This document shows, one piece after another, positions 52,943-61,697 of a DNA stretch of 64,000 bases. The first letter of the stretch is position 1. Every line of letters starts with the position of its first letter. The notes under the pieces were generated by a model. That model did no database searches, had not been told where the DNA came from, and worked only from the letters and a program-made list of their open reading frames with translations. This stretch comes from a virus, in IMG/VR virus record IMGVR_UViG_3300045988_114702; one strand, given 5' to 3'. Made by a program: the position numbers and the translations under genes.

Positions 52943-53865
52943 TGTTTCTTCTCCTTAAAGGCTGCAGAATTCAGCCTATCGAAGTTAAAGACAGGTTTTG
53001 CAACACAGCGGCACTGGTAGTCCTCTCCGGGATTGCAATGCCGCCCGCTATACACTTTGCCGTGCTTTGTCATGTACCACATGGCCGGCGGATCGTCATA
53101 ACGGAATTTCTGGCCATCAAGTTCACGGTGGCATTCGCGCACACGTTCATCACCTGATGAACTCCAGATATATTCCTCTACCCCAGCGGATTCCTGCCTT
53201 GTGCGGGTCAGATTCGCGCTCAGGGTGCCCACCTGGTCACGCGCAAGAAGATTGGCTTTCGACTTGGTCACATCAAACCGGCGTTGAATTTCATTGGAAA
53301 TCGCCGCCGGGGTGCGGCCTTTTGCAAAACCCTCAATAATGACGTTCTCCATATCATCGAAGCAGTCGCTTTCAATGCTGGTAATGAAGCTGACATTTTG
53401 CTCAACCCATCTTTTAAGCATCAGGTCGTATCTTTCGCCGAGAAAGAAGTCGTCATGGATATCCACTCCCAGCGTGGCGCGCACGCTGCGCTGCCATTCT
53501 TTGAGTTGCCGCCGGTCGGTGTAGTCAGCGCACCGGCGAACATCCCGTTCCAACGGATCGGTTTTCAGCCGCCGACTGAGCCGGTCACGCATAATGCGGA
53601 ACCTGCTCTGGATGCGGCGAACCATGTCGCTGTATCCATCATGTCTGATGCTGTCGGAGCCGGTTTTCTGTTCTTCCGCAACGATAGCCAGAATTTCAGG
53701 CATGGATTCTCGCACAATCTTCTGCAGTTCTTTCAACCGCCGATTTTCGATTGCGCGCATCTTGCTTTCTGCCCACTGCGGATACTCCGGCTCGATCTTT
53801 GATTTTTTCATCATTGAAGAGCGCCCGGTCATGCCGGGCCCATTATTCTTCACAGGCATATCCAC
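52939..53865 (-). CDS. head morphogenesis protein, Mu F / SPP1 gp7 family
   Basis: ERVRECHRELDGQKF...NPGEDYQCRCVAKPVF. Confidence 0.85.
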   Translation of the reverse strand: MDMPVKNNGPGMTGRSSMMKKSKIEPEYPQWAESKMRAIENRRLKELQKIVRESMPEILAIVAEEQKTGSDSIRHDGYSDMVRRIQSRFRIMRDRLSRRLKTDPLERDVRRCADYTDRRQLKEWQRSVRATLGVDIHDDFFLGERYDLMLKRWVEQNVSFITSIESDCFDDMENVIIEGFAKGRTPAAISNEIQRRFDVTKSKANLLARDQVGTLSANLTRTRQESAGVEEYIWSSSGDERVRECHRELDGQKFRYDDPPAMWYMTKHGKVYSGRHCNPGEDYQCRCVAKPVFNFDRLNSAAFKEKKQ

Positions 53866-53905
53866 CTCTTTATCTTTCCGGGAACCATTTTCCCTTTGCA
53901 GACAT

Positions 53906-53947
53906 CAAAAAGACCCTGCATCTCCACCTTGATGCAGGGTCTTTGTT
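53906..53947. terminator. 12-bp hairpin with T-runs on both strands between the tRNA cluster and the MuF gene
   Basis: AGACCCTGCATC-8 nt-GATGCAGGGTCT. Confidence 0.5.
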
Positions 53948-54145
53948 CTTATGGCATGCAGCGCTTGAATTTTTGACCTTTTGCTTACAGCGCGCATCCG
54001 TCCAAGTGCGAAGCGGAAGGAACGCGGTTTATGGCTCCGCGCCGGCTCTGTCATGGAACAGGCCGGAACACTTCGCAGCGGTCTGTTGGGAGCAGGGTCG
54101 GTGCTCCCTCATGCCATCGAGGTGCCGATTACGGTGTACGGCGGG

Positions 54146-54222
54146 TGGTGCTGGAGGTGGGGATTGAACCCACAGCCTGACGGTTACAAATCGCCTGCTC
54201 TGTCCTATTGAGCTACACCAGC
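54146..54222 (-). tRNA. tRNA-Thr (anticodon UGU), CCA encoded
   Basis: Hand-folded cloverleaf: acceptor GCTGGTG, T-arm GTGGG-TTCAATC-CCCAC, anticodon loop TTTGTAA. One acceptor mismatch and one anticodon-stem mismatch. Confidence 0.8.
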
Positions 54223-54229
54223 GTAAAAG

Positions 54230-54302
54230 CCGAGGGTACCGGGCTCGAACCGGCGGTCTGGGAGTCAAAGGCCCATGCCTTATCCAACTTGGCCAACCCT
54301 CG
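54230..54302 (-). tRNA. tRNA-Gln (anticodon UUG), no encoded CCA
   Basis: Acceptor CGAGGGT/ACCCTCG, D-region GCCAAGTTGGATAAGGC, loop CTTTGAC, T-arm GCCGG-TTCGAGC-CCGGT. Confidence 0.8.
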
Positions 54303-54305
54303 ATA

Positions 54306-54381
54306 TGGAGCAGTCAACGGGGCTTGAACCCGCGGCATCCTGCTTGGAGGGCAGGCGCTCTACCAACTGAGCTATGACTGC
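54306..54381 (-). tRNA. tRNA-Gly (anticodon UCC), CCA encoded
   Basis: Acceptor GCAGTCA/TGACTGC, anticodon stem CCTGC/GCAGG with loop CCTCCAA, T-arm GCGGG-TTCAAGC-CCCGT. Confidence 0.9.
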
Positions 54382-54446
54382 AAACAAAAAGAGCCTTTGC
54401 GAGGGACGCTTTCACGTCACCTGCAAAGGCTCTCAACGCCAATATT

Positions 54447-54644
54447 TTAGTCAAACACCTTTTTGCCTTCGGCAAACTTCTTTTTAGCTTCGTTCAGGCT
54501 GATGCGGTTATAACCGCCGCGATAATCAGGATCCGCTCTCTGCACGCCATCATTTACCCAGCCGCACACGGGGCATTCCTCAAAATCGTTGTCTTCATCA
54601 AAGCTATGCTGCCCACATACCGGGCAGAGGATTTTCTCAGTCAT
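54447..54644 (-). CDS. CPCC-family cysteine-rich small protein
   Basis: MTEKILCPVCGQHSFDEDNDFEECPVCGWVNDGVQ. The ATG at 54644 overlaps the portal stop (ATGACTGA). Confidence 0.65.
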   Translation of the reverse strand: MTEKILCPVCGQHSFDEDNDFEECPVCGWVNDGVQRADPDYRGGYNRISLNEAKKKFAEGKKVFD

Positions 54645-56976
54645 CTTCGATTCCTTCCAATTCAAGCTGACGTTTATAGTAATCTTCCCCATCGTCAGGC
54701 TTGAACATCGTTCTTACGCCCTTCTCTGGGGAACCTTTTGCAAAGTCATTTTTCTTCGCGTCATACCGGCACACAAGGCCATCTTTTGTCTTGTAGCCTT
54801 TTATACCGTTTCCGCACGGGCTTTCCAAAAGTTGAACCGCCCGCTTTTCGTACTGCTCCTTTGTTGTAATGCCATCGGGAGCGTACTCAGCGGCGTGGGT
54901 TCTTCCATTCTGCCAGTGGTTGTTCAGTTTCTGCTTGTTGGGGAAACCTTTCACCTTGAAAATGTTCGCGCCTTTTGCCGAAACTGCGTTAGAATTTATT
55001 TTAGCATGACTTTGAGAATCATTCAAGTCTTTTGATGAATTTTCCTCGCTCGATACATCTTTTGATGATGTAGAACCGCCAGAACTGGAGAACTTTCCAT
55101 CTTCATCGCGGTTGTGCTTGCTCTCGTCAAAATCATCCAGTGTAATGCCCAGCCGGTCAAGGTATTCTTTCACGCTTCTGAGAAACGGTTCAAACACAAG
55201 TCCACCGGGCACATCCTGTTTCAAAATCTGTTCAGGGGGCATCCATGTAGCCGTGAACATCTCCTTTTGGTCACACCGAGGAACGCCATCGAAGCCATTG
55301 ACGAGATAGATCTGAACGGGAAGCACCTCATCCGGCTTGCCCTTGCAGTTGCCGAGATAGGTAATATCTCCCACGTCAATATTGAACTCTTCCTTTGCTT
55401 CCCGGCGGAATGCCACGCTCGGCGTTTCCCCGGGTTCGATGTGACCGCCGGGGCCGCACCAGCCTTGCCCATCGGAGCGTTGGCCGCAGAGGATTTTTCC
55501 ATCATTCAGAACGAAGCCGGCAACATAACCGCAGTCACCTTCATCCGTAACCAGGTTGCCTGCCGCAGGCGGGTTCTGCGGATTGGTCGGCTGGGGAACG
55601 TCAGCCTCGCCCAAGCCCCAGTCCTGATTAACATCTGCTTCCGTGATGATGTTTTCAGGGTCAAACTGTTCATCCTGCGCCAAGGACTGGCGAACCTCGG
55701 GGATTTCCAAAATACCAGCCGTAACGTATGTAGATACAGTCTGTGCTCTGGTAAGCTGGGCCGCGGCATTTGCCTGGTCCTGCGTAGCCTTTTCATCATC
55801 AGACAGGCTCCATGCGCTCTTGTAGGTGATAGTGTACTCCGGCACCTCTTTGATTTCGCCGTTCCACACCATTCCGCGCAGAATCAGTTCGACCAGCGTG
55901 CGGGTGTTGTCCCGGAGGTCGCCAGACTGGATGCCGGACACGGCTTCCTTATAGTTCTCCATGTCCCCTTCGCCGGTGGCATTTTCACCCGCTGGGGAAC
56001 GGCCAAAGAGCCTAGTCTGCGGGATATGGCTCACAGCAGACAGCATTGCGCAGGCATTGTCCAGAATGTCCTTAACACCAGCCACAGACAGGGATTGAAT
56101 GCCCACATCCTCGCCATCTGCATCAATAAAGACCATGTTCAACAGATTACGGGCAAGGTCAAGCATCTCCATACGCTGAAGAACCGTATCGTCACCGTCT
56201 ACTGTAGACAGGACATTTGCGAGATTCTTCATTTTGTATGTCACCATTGACAGCCGTTCCAGCAAGCGAATGGAGTAGCCCGGACCGATGCAGGCGTTGC
56301 GAAGTTCTTCGCGGATGTGCATATACTCCGGAATGCCCCATGTACGGTAGAGGTTGGCCATCGTGGAGCCTTCGGGGATCTCCCCGTTATGGAATATCAG
56401 GCAGCGGGAAGAATGCACCACATAGCTGCCGTACACGCTGTTCACCTGGTAAAACTCCGGGATGCCCGTACCGCCTTTGCGGTAGTTTTCATCGTCAGGG
56501 TTGTTCTCATAGCCGTTGATCCACAGCGGGAACACCTCGTTGCGGCCGTAAACCAGCAATTCTGCCACGCCGTGAACATCCCGCCAGTTCAGCGGATCCT
56601 GAAGAAGTCTGCCATCGTCCACCAGCATAACAACAGCGGAGCCACCGAACAGACGCGCCCATTTCAGCGCCTTTGCAAGTTTGCTTTGGTAGTGAATGGT
56701 CTGCAGGTGGTCATCCAGCCGCTTTTGTAGGTCTTTATCCTTGATACCCAGGTCAATGCCATTCTTGGTGGCATCATCCGCTGGGGCATCAATGATGGTC
56801 GAAAACAGACCATTTCCTGCATAAAGGTCGGCCAGTTCCGCGTCTGTCACAGCAGCACCAGTTGCCCACTGGTAATACTCGGTGCTATCGTGCTGGGTGC
56901 CATACTTGTTCAGGACGTTGTAATAGCCATCGAGGCGAAGTTGTGGTTTGATTTTACCGGCAATAACTTTTTTCAC
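54637..56976 (-). CDS. portal protein fused to a NUDIX hydrolase domain and a C-terminal toxin-like domain
   Basis: Single 779-aa ORF. It has a portal-like N-terminal region of about 470 aa, a NUDIX box GHIEPGETPSVAFRREAKEEFNI (nt 55144-55539), a KHNRDEDGKF linker, and a roughly 110-aa C-terminal module (nt 54640-54969). Confidence 0.8.
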   Translation of the reverse strand: MKKVIAGKIKPQLRLDGYYNVLNKYGTQHDSTEYYQWATGAAVTDAELADLYAGNGLFSTIIDAPADDATKNGIDLGIKDKDLQKRLDDHLQTIHYQSKLAKALKWARLFGGSAVVMLVDDGRLLQDPLNWRDVHGVAELLVYGRNEVFPLWINGYENNPDDENYRKGGTGIPEFYQVNSVYGSYVVHSSRCLIFHNGEIPEGSTMANLYRTWGIPEYMHIREELRNACIGPGYSIRLLERLSMVTYKMKNLANVLSTVDGDDTVLQRMEMLDLARNLLNMVFIDADGEDVGIQSLSVAGVKDILDNACAMLSAVSHIPQTRLFGRSPAGENATGEGDMENYKEAVSGIQSGDLRDNTRTLVELILRGMVWNGEIKEVPEYTITYKSAWSLSDDEKATQDQANAAAQLTRAQTVSTYVTAGILEIPEVRQSLAQDEQFDPENIITEADVNQDWGLGEADVPQPTNPQNPPAAGNLVTDEGDCGYVAGFVLNDGKILCGQRSDGQGWCGPGGHIEPGETPSVAFRREAKEEFNIDVGDITYLGNCKGKPDEVLPVQIYLVNGFDGVPRCDQKEMFTATWMPPEQILKQDVPGGLVFEPFLRSVKEYLDRLGITLDDFDESKHNRDEDGKFSSSGGSTSSKDVSSEENSSKDLNDSQSHAKINSNAVSAKGANIFKVKGFPNKQKLNNHWQNGRTHAAEYAPDGITTKEQYEKRAVQLLESPCGNGIKGYKTKDGLVCRYDAKKNDFAKGSPEKGVRTMFKPDDGEDYYKRQLELEGIEDD

Positions 56977-56995
56977 CTTTTCTCCTTTCCGGCTA

Positions 56996-58438
56996 TCATA
57001 TCAGACTGCGCACATCAAAGATGCCGCCCTCATACAGCGCAAGAGCTACCGCGTCAGCGCGGTCAGGACTGGTCAGGCCGCGCTTCTTCAAGGCATCCTT
57101 GCCTTCAAGTTTCAGCTTCAGTGGTGTGCCCGCGAAGATGTATTTACGGGTGGTAAGTTGTCCTATCAGGGTTGAATCGTTCGGGATATGTAGGGTGCCT
57201 GCCGTGGCCATATCCCGTAGGACTGCCCACATCCACGTTGCGATATCTGCATAGCGCCCGGCGGCTTCCTTGTCCGGCACGGCGCTGGAGAAGTTCACCG
57301 GCACGACCATCAGCTTGGTTAGCTTCTGCCGAATCTTTTCTCGGTTGAGAATGTCGGTCACGCCGCCGCCAACGCCGGTGTCATCAATGACCGCATAAAT
57401 CAGGCCGCGGTACTGCGGATACGCTGCACGCAGGGCTTTATATATCGCAATGATATCATCTGCCGTAGCGTACAGGTCTTGACCGTGGCGTGTGACCAGC
57501 TTTTGGATATCTCCATCAATGTTCTGTGCAATGGCCGTATCATCGTTGCCAAAGCGGGCAACGTCACACCCGATGGATATCCGGGCTGGAGAACAATGTT
57601 CCAGAGGTTCAGTATTGACAGCCTTTGTGGCGAGTGCCATCGGAATAAAGACATCGTCCTCATTCTCCGGGAACTCTCCGTCAACACGGACACGGACTAC
57701 ATTGCTGTTCTTGCCGAACTTCCGCTCCAAGTCAGCGATATTCTGCTTATTCGTGCGGGGGCTGTCCCTGCTGGACACCTTCATACAGTAGTAGGACTGG
57801 GCGTCCACGGTATGCGAATCGTGGAATGTGCCAGTGTTCTGCGTTGGGTTTCCGCACATCAGTAAGCGGTTGTTATCGCCGGAAAGCGTGCCCTGTATAG
57901 CCTCCATGATGGGGTCAGCAACACCAGATGCCTCATCCACCACGAAAAGCATATTGTCTTCGTGGAAGCCCTGCATATTCTCCGGCTTGGTGGCTGTTCG
58001 AGCCACGGCGAACCAGCGTTTCTCATGTCCTCTCATGTAAACACGAGTCTTTGTCCATACAAGCATAGCCTGCAAGACAGGGCTGCGTTCCTGCCACTTG
58101 GCAATCTCGGCCCAGAGGACATCATTTAACTGCTGACGAGTCGGAGCCGTGCACACCACGCGTGGATACGGGAAGCAGGACAGAAACCAAAGGACTAGGT
58201 TCGCTTCAAAAGCAGTCTTGCCAACGCCCTGTCCTGAGCGAATTGAAACCTTGCGGTGTTGTGCAATAGCTGTGGCGGCTTCTTTTTGCCACGGATCAGG
58301 CGCAAAGCCAGTCACCTCCGCAAAGAATTTGCAGGGATTTTTGCGGTACAAGGGCACCCGCCGGGCAAAGACTTCACGTTGCTTCATCGCCATCGTCTGC
58401 GCCCTCCGATTCCGCATCCGCGGCTTCAACGGCCGCAA
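56996..58438 (-). CDS. terL: terminase large subunit
   Basis: Walker A SGQGVGKT and FVVDEASG Walker B-like motif, with a nuclease half. The exact start is uncertain. Confidence 0.85.
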   Translation of the reverse strand: MRPLKPRMRNRRAQTMAMKQREVFARRVPLYRKNPCKFFAEVTGFAPDPWQKEAATAIAQHRKVSIRSGQGVGKTAFEANLVLWFLSCFPYPRVVCTAPTRQQLNDVLWAEIAKWQERSPVLQAMLVWTKTRVYMRGHEKRWFAVARTATKPENMQGFHEDNMLFVVDEASGVADPIMEAIQGTLSGDNNRLLMCGNPTQNTGTFHDSHTVDAQSYYCMKVSSRDSPRTNKQNIADLERKFGKNSNVVRVRVDGEFPENEDDVFIPMALATKAVNTEPLEHCSPARISIGCDVARFGNDDTAIAQNIDGDIQKLVTRHGQDLYATADDIIAIYKALRAAYPQYRGLIYAVIDDTGVGGGVTDILNREKIRQKLTKLMVVPVNFSSAVPDKEAAGRYADIATWMWAVLRDMATAGTLHIPNDSTLIGQLTTRKYIFAGTPLKLKLEGKDALKKRGLTSPDRADAVALALYEGGIFDVRSLI

Positions 58439-59216
58439 CCCAATCGTCTACCAACTCGTTCTTGCCGCTGTTGCTCATTCTGCGCAGGTCGGCAAGCTGT
58501 TGTATCACCTTGGACTTCTGGCGCTGTACATCGGTCAATAGCCGCTCTAAGCGTTCCACGATAAGGTAGCTTGATTCAATGGTGGTTGATGTTTCTACGG
58601 TGGTGCCGGGGAGCCTTTCTTCCCGACTGACTTTGGCATCTATCCGCTCAATGTAGACCTCCTTGTCGTGGGCCTCTTTTTCCTTATCCTCATCCAAGCG
58701 GGTAAACGACCGGCTGGACTTGGATGTGTGCACCGACTGGATGTGCTGCTTTTTTTCCTGGACTGCGGAAATGCGCTGAAGCAGAAAAGCCTCCCGGGCA
58801 GTCAGCAGTTGAAGTTCCTGTATCAGCAGATCTTCTGCATCCACATCCTTCGTGCAGTCCTGAATGGCTTTTTGGTTTTCCTCTGAAAAAGAGCCAAACA
58901 TCACCGCAGACCAGCCACCGTGTTTCAAGGCATTCTGGTTACCCGGCGGCGCGCCTCCATGGTTGCCAACTGCATTGACATTACCCAGCGGTGCACCCGG
59001 CTTTGGCTTGCCATCCTGCGGGGCTTTCTGGGTGCATTTGGAAGATGCACCCTTGGGGTGCGGCGGGGTGCGTTTCTTGGGTGCACCCTTTTGTGCATCC
59101 CAATAGCGCTTCTTCCACGATTTCACAGTGTTCGGCGATACGTCCAGCTTCTTTGCGATTTCGGTGCATCCCATCCCTTTCTTATAAAGGGTGAACGCCT
59201 TATCTCGCTTTTCCAT
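58374..59216 (-). CDS. terS: terminase small subunit (N-terminal HTH)
   Basis: KKGMGCTEIAKKLDVSPNTVKSWKKRYW, located directly upstream of terL. Confidence 0.7.
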   Translation of the reverse strand: MEKRDKAFTLYKKGMGCTEIAKKLDVSPNTVKSWKKRYWDAQKGAPKKRTPPHPKGASSKCTQKAPQDGKPKPGAPLGNVNAVGNHGGAPPGNQNALKHGGWSAVMFGSFSEENQKAIQDCTKDVDAEDLLIQELQLLTAREAFLLQRISAVQEKKQHIQSVHTSKSSRSFTRLDEDKEKEAHDKEVYIERIDAKVSREERLPGTTVETSTTIESSYLIVERLERLLTDVQRQKSKVIQQLADLRRMSNSGKNELVDDWVAAVEAADAESEGADDGDEAT

Positions 59217-59283
59217 CTACATCGCCACCACTATCCTTCTTCATTTTCTGTCCCGGTATCTACCCGGGCTGTTGTGTTGTTCC

Positions 59284-59320
59284 GAAGAAAAAGCGCCGAC
59301 CCTTTGTAGAGCCGGCGCCG
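59284..59320 (-). terminator. hairpin plus T-run after the QueT-like gene
   Basis: On the minus strand: GCGCCG-loop-CGGCGC followed by TTTTTCTT. Confidence 0.45.
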
Positions 59321-59329
59321 CGTCCCCTC

Positions 59330-59791
59330 TCACACGACCTTTGCGAGAGCGGTTTTAGAGATCATCAGGTTTCCCAGTTCCACGGCCAGGAATGTGCCCG
59401 CGAACAGGCCAGCACTTGTCAGCCAGAACGGCGCGCCGACCATCATAGACAGCTCCACACCGATGAACAGAGCCACGGACAGGGAGAGAATAACCGCTTT
59501 CCACAGAATCCCCAGCTTTTTCCACGGCCCCCAGACCACCAGTGCGTATGCAGTCCCCTCAGCCAACAGACCAAAGAGCACATCGACCGGGCCGAAAGGA
59601 CTCGTTGCGTTTGCGATTGCAATTCCCAACAGCACCGCCGGGGCATACCGTTTATCCTTGAACGGGAGCGCACACAGCATATTGGCCACGCGGAACTGCA
59701 CAGCTCCCCAGGACAGCGGGTTCAGGGTAGTTAATGCGACATACAGAGCCGCGACAACTGCAGTTTGGCAGAGGGCTTTGGTGTTTTTCAT
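59330..59791 (-). CDS. queT: QueT-like queuosine-precursor transporter (ECF S-component type membrane protein)
   Basis: TAVVAALYVALTTLNPLSWGAVQFRVANML...KDKRY matches the QueT pattern, with about 5 TM helices. Confidence 0.7.
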   Translation of the reverse strand: MKNTKALCQTAVVAALYVALTTLNPLSWGAVQFRVANMLCALPFKDKRYAPAVLLGIAIANATSPFGPVDVLFGLLAEGTAYALVVWGPWKKLGILWKAVILSLSVALFIGVELSMMVGAPFWLTSAGLFAGTFLAVELGNLMISKTALAKVV

Positions 59792-59805
59792 GTTCCCTGT
59801 CCCCC

Positions 59806-60117
59806 TCATACCATAACGACCACATTACCGTGGGGTGCGTCATTCACCGCGGATTCGACCATGATCCAGCTGGGGTGCACTTCCTCAACCAGCTTTTTCT
59901 TCAGCTTGCTGGCCGCTTCCTCGATGACCAGGCTTTCACCTTCCAGACATTCGCGGATGAACTTGTCGATCTCGCAGTAGTCCGGGATAATCTCTGCCGG
60001 CTCCATGGTCACGGTAAATTCATTGGTGTAGTCTGCCTTTCCGATGGGGCAGAAGCACCGGCATTTCTGCTTGTAGACGATTTTTCGCACGCCGTAGCGA
60101 TTTTCAAACTTAGCCAT
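59806..60117 (-). CDS. small QueF-like / T-fold protein candidate
   Basis: The 104-aa product has CFCPIGKADYTNEFTVTMEPAEIIPD, which parallels the QueF segment CP.TGQPDFATI.I.YIPD. The downstream QueF motif is not conserved. Confidence 0.4.
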   Translation of the reverse strand: MAKFENRYGVRKIVYKQKCRCFCPIGKADYTNEFTVTMEPAEIIPDYCEIDKFIRECLEGESLVIEEAASKLKKKLVEEVHPSWIMVESAVNDAPHGNVVVMV

Positions 60118-60976
60118 TGTTTTCTTCTCCTTTCGGCTTCTGAACGATGAACAGCAGTTCTTTTGCCTCACGCGGGAACGGAATCGCCATAAAGGCTGTG
60201 AGGAATGCAGACGGGACATAGGCTTTCATGCGGGTGTAGAAGTCCCGCAGTGCCGGTTCCTGCTTGGAATAGAACTCGTCCATCTCCCGGACGCTGGTGA
60301 CCAGACCAACCTCCTGCACAATGCTGAATCCGATTTCGGCCAGCTTGGCTTTCAGTTCATCGTAGCCCCACTCATAGACATGAGCGCGGTACTGGGTCTG
60401 ATACCCATTGCCCGGGGTGTTCGGACAGGAGAGAAACATCTTTGCACCCGGCTTCATCACCTTGTAGCATTCTGCAAGGCTTTTTGCGCCGTCCGTAGGG
60501 TGCATATGCTCAATGGCAGAGGTGTAAATCACAAAATCGGCAAACCCCGCCGGGATGACTTTCGACATCTCAGCAACGTTGCCCAGCTTCCAACCCACCC
60601 GGAACGGGTAGTAGGAAGTCAGATCTTTAGGTTCAAGGTTCTTTGCGGTTGCGCCGCGCATAGCCTCTTTGATGTTCGCTTTGCTGATGTCTACGCCGGT
60701 ATAGGATGCAATATCCTTTGCGTAGTAGCGCAGCAGCGGGAGCATCAGAGAGCGGCCGCAGCACACATCCAGCACGTTCATGCCCTTTTTCGCCATGTGG
60801 GCGGCGGCAAGGTGCTGGATATAGTTCATTACGTCCAGATTGGTGAAGAAACCGTCTCTGAACTGCATATAAAAATTCCGCATCTGGTAGGTGGTGCAGA
60901 GAATTTTTTCTCTGTCCATGCCATCCTCAACGCGGTATACGATATCTTTATCCACGCCATTTTCCTTTCGTATCAA
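60110..60976 (-). CDS. class I SAM-dependent methyltransferase
   Basis: MNVLDVCCGRSLMLP (motif I), SYTGVDIS and FADFVIYTSAIEHM. The start is uncertain. Confidence 0.8.
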   Translation of the reverse strand: MIRKENGVDKDIVYRVEDGMDREKILCTTYQMRNFYMQFRDGFFTNLDVMNYIQHLAAAHMAKKGMNVLDVCCGRSLMLPLLRYYAKDIASYTGVDISKANIKEAMRGATAKNLEPKDLTSYYPFRVGWKLGNVAEMSKVIPAGFADFVIYTSAIEHMHPTDGAKSLAECYKVMKPGAKMFLSCPNTPGNGYQTQYRAHVYEWGYDELKAKLAEIGFSIVQEVGLVTSVREMDEFYSKQEPALRDFYTRMKAYVPSAFLTAFMAIPFPREAKELLFIVQKPKGEENNG

Positions 60977-61697
60977 GGTACTTCTGGTATTTGATCCACT
61001 CTTTCAGCGCATACTCTCGGCGAATCCGGTAGTCTGCGCCTATCATGCCCTTCGGGGGTCTGACCACAACCATTTCTGAGCCGTTGAAGTAGGACAAGCC
61101 GCCAAAATTGACCTGTGTAGTCCATGTGGTGCTATCCACGCTATAAAAGCCAAAGTCAACCGCGTCCTTTTTGGTGTAGCCCAGACCGTGCACCCGCACC
61201 CCGCAGGCGTTCGCATACTGCACCAGCCGTTTGATGTAGCCGTACTCGCTGGGCTGAATGTGCTTGATTGCGAAGCCGCCGATGCCGATATAGGGATAGT
61301 CCCTGCACAGGCGCTTGAACTCGTCAAGGCCGCGGGAGCGGTGCCAGACGGGAATGCTCTGCTTGCCCGTTTCGGCTTCAAGGCGGGTTCTCATGCGCTT
61401 TACCGCATCATAACCTACGATGATATCTACGTCCAACTCGAAGAAGTGTTGCACGTTGTGGCGGTTGATGAAGCCGATATACCTGCTCAGGTACCCGTCC
61501 CAATCCACTGGCTTTGATGAAGCCTCTACCCCGTGCATAAACGTGAATGCCCCGCTGTCGAGCAGGAACATCTTCCACTTCGGCATTTCCTCGACCTGCC
61601 ACGGCTTGATATAGAAAAAGCTCTCCAGAACGTACTCCGGCCTGTTTTCCCGCACGATTTTCTCTGACGGGAATGTTCCCGCCAAACACAGCCTCAT
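60948..61697 (-). CDS. dpdA: DpdA-like (TGT-superfamily) DNA-guanine transglycosylase candidate
   Basis: FLLDSGAFTF (compare TGT DSGGFQ), FELDVD, VHGLGYT and FYSVDSTTW (compare the TGT second catalytic Asp region). Confidence 0.6.
   Translation of the reverse strand: MRLCLAGTFPSEKIVRENRPEYVLESFFYIKPWQVEEMPKWKMFLLDSGAFTFMHGVEASSKPVDWDGYLSRYIGFINRHNVQHFFELDVDIIVGYDAVKRMRTRLEAETGKQSIPVWHRSRGLDEFKRLCRDYPYIGIGGFAIKHIQPSEYGYIKRLVQYANACGVRVHGLGYTKKDAVDFGFYSVDSTTWTTQVNFGGLSYFNGSEMVVVRPPKGMIGADYRIRREYALKEWIKYQKYLDTKGKWRG

Noticed and set aside
54029-54268. 79-aa minus-strand ORF and 53751..54167 plus-strand ORF
   Set aside because: They overlap the tRNA-Thr/tRNA-Gln genes and the structured noncoding gap. 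No coding signal is visible.
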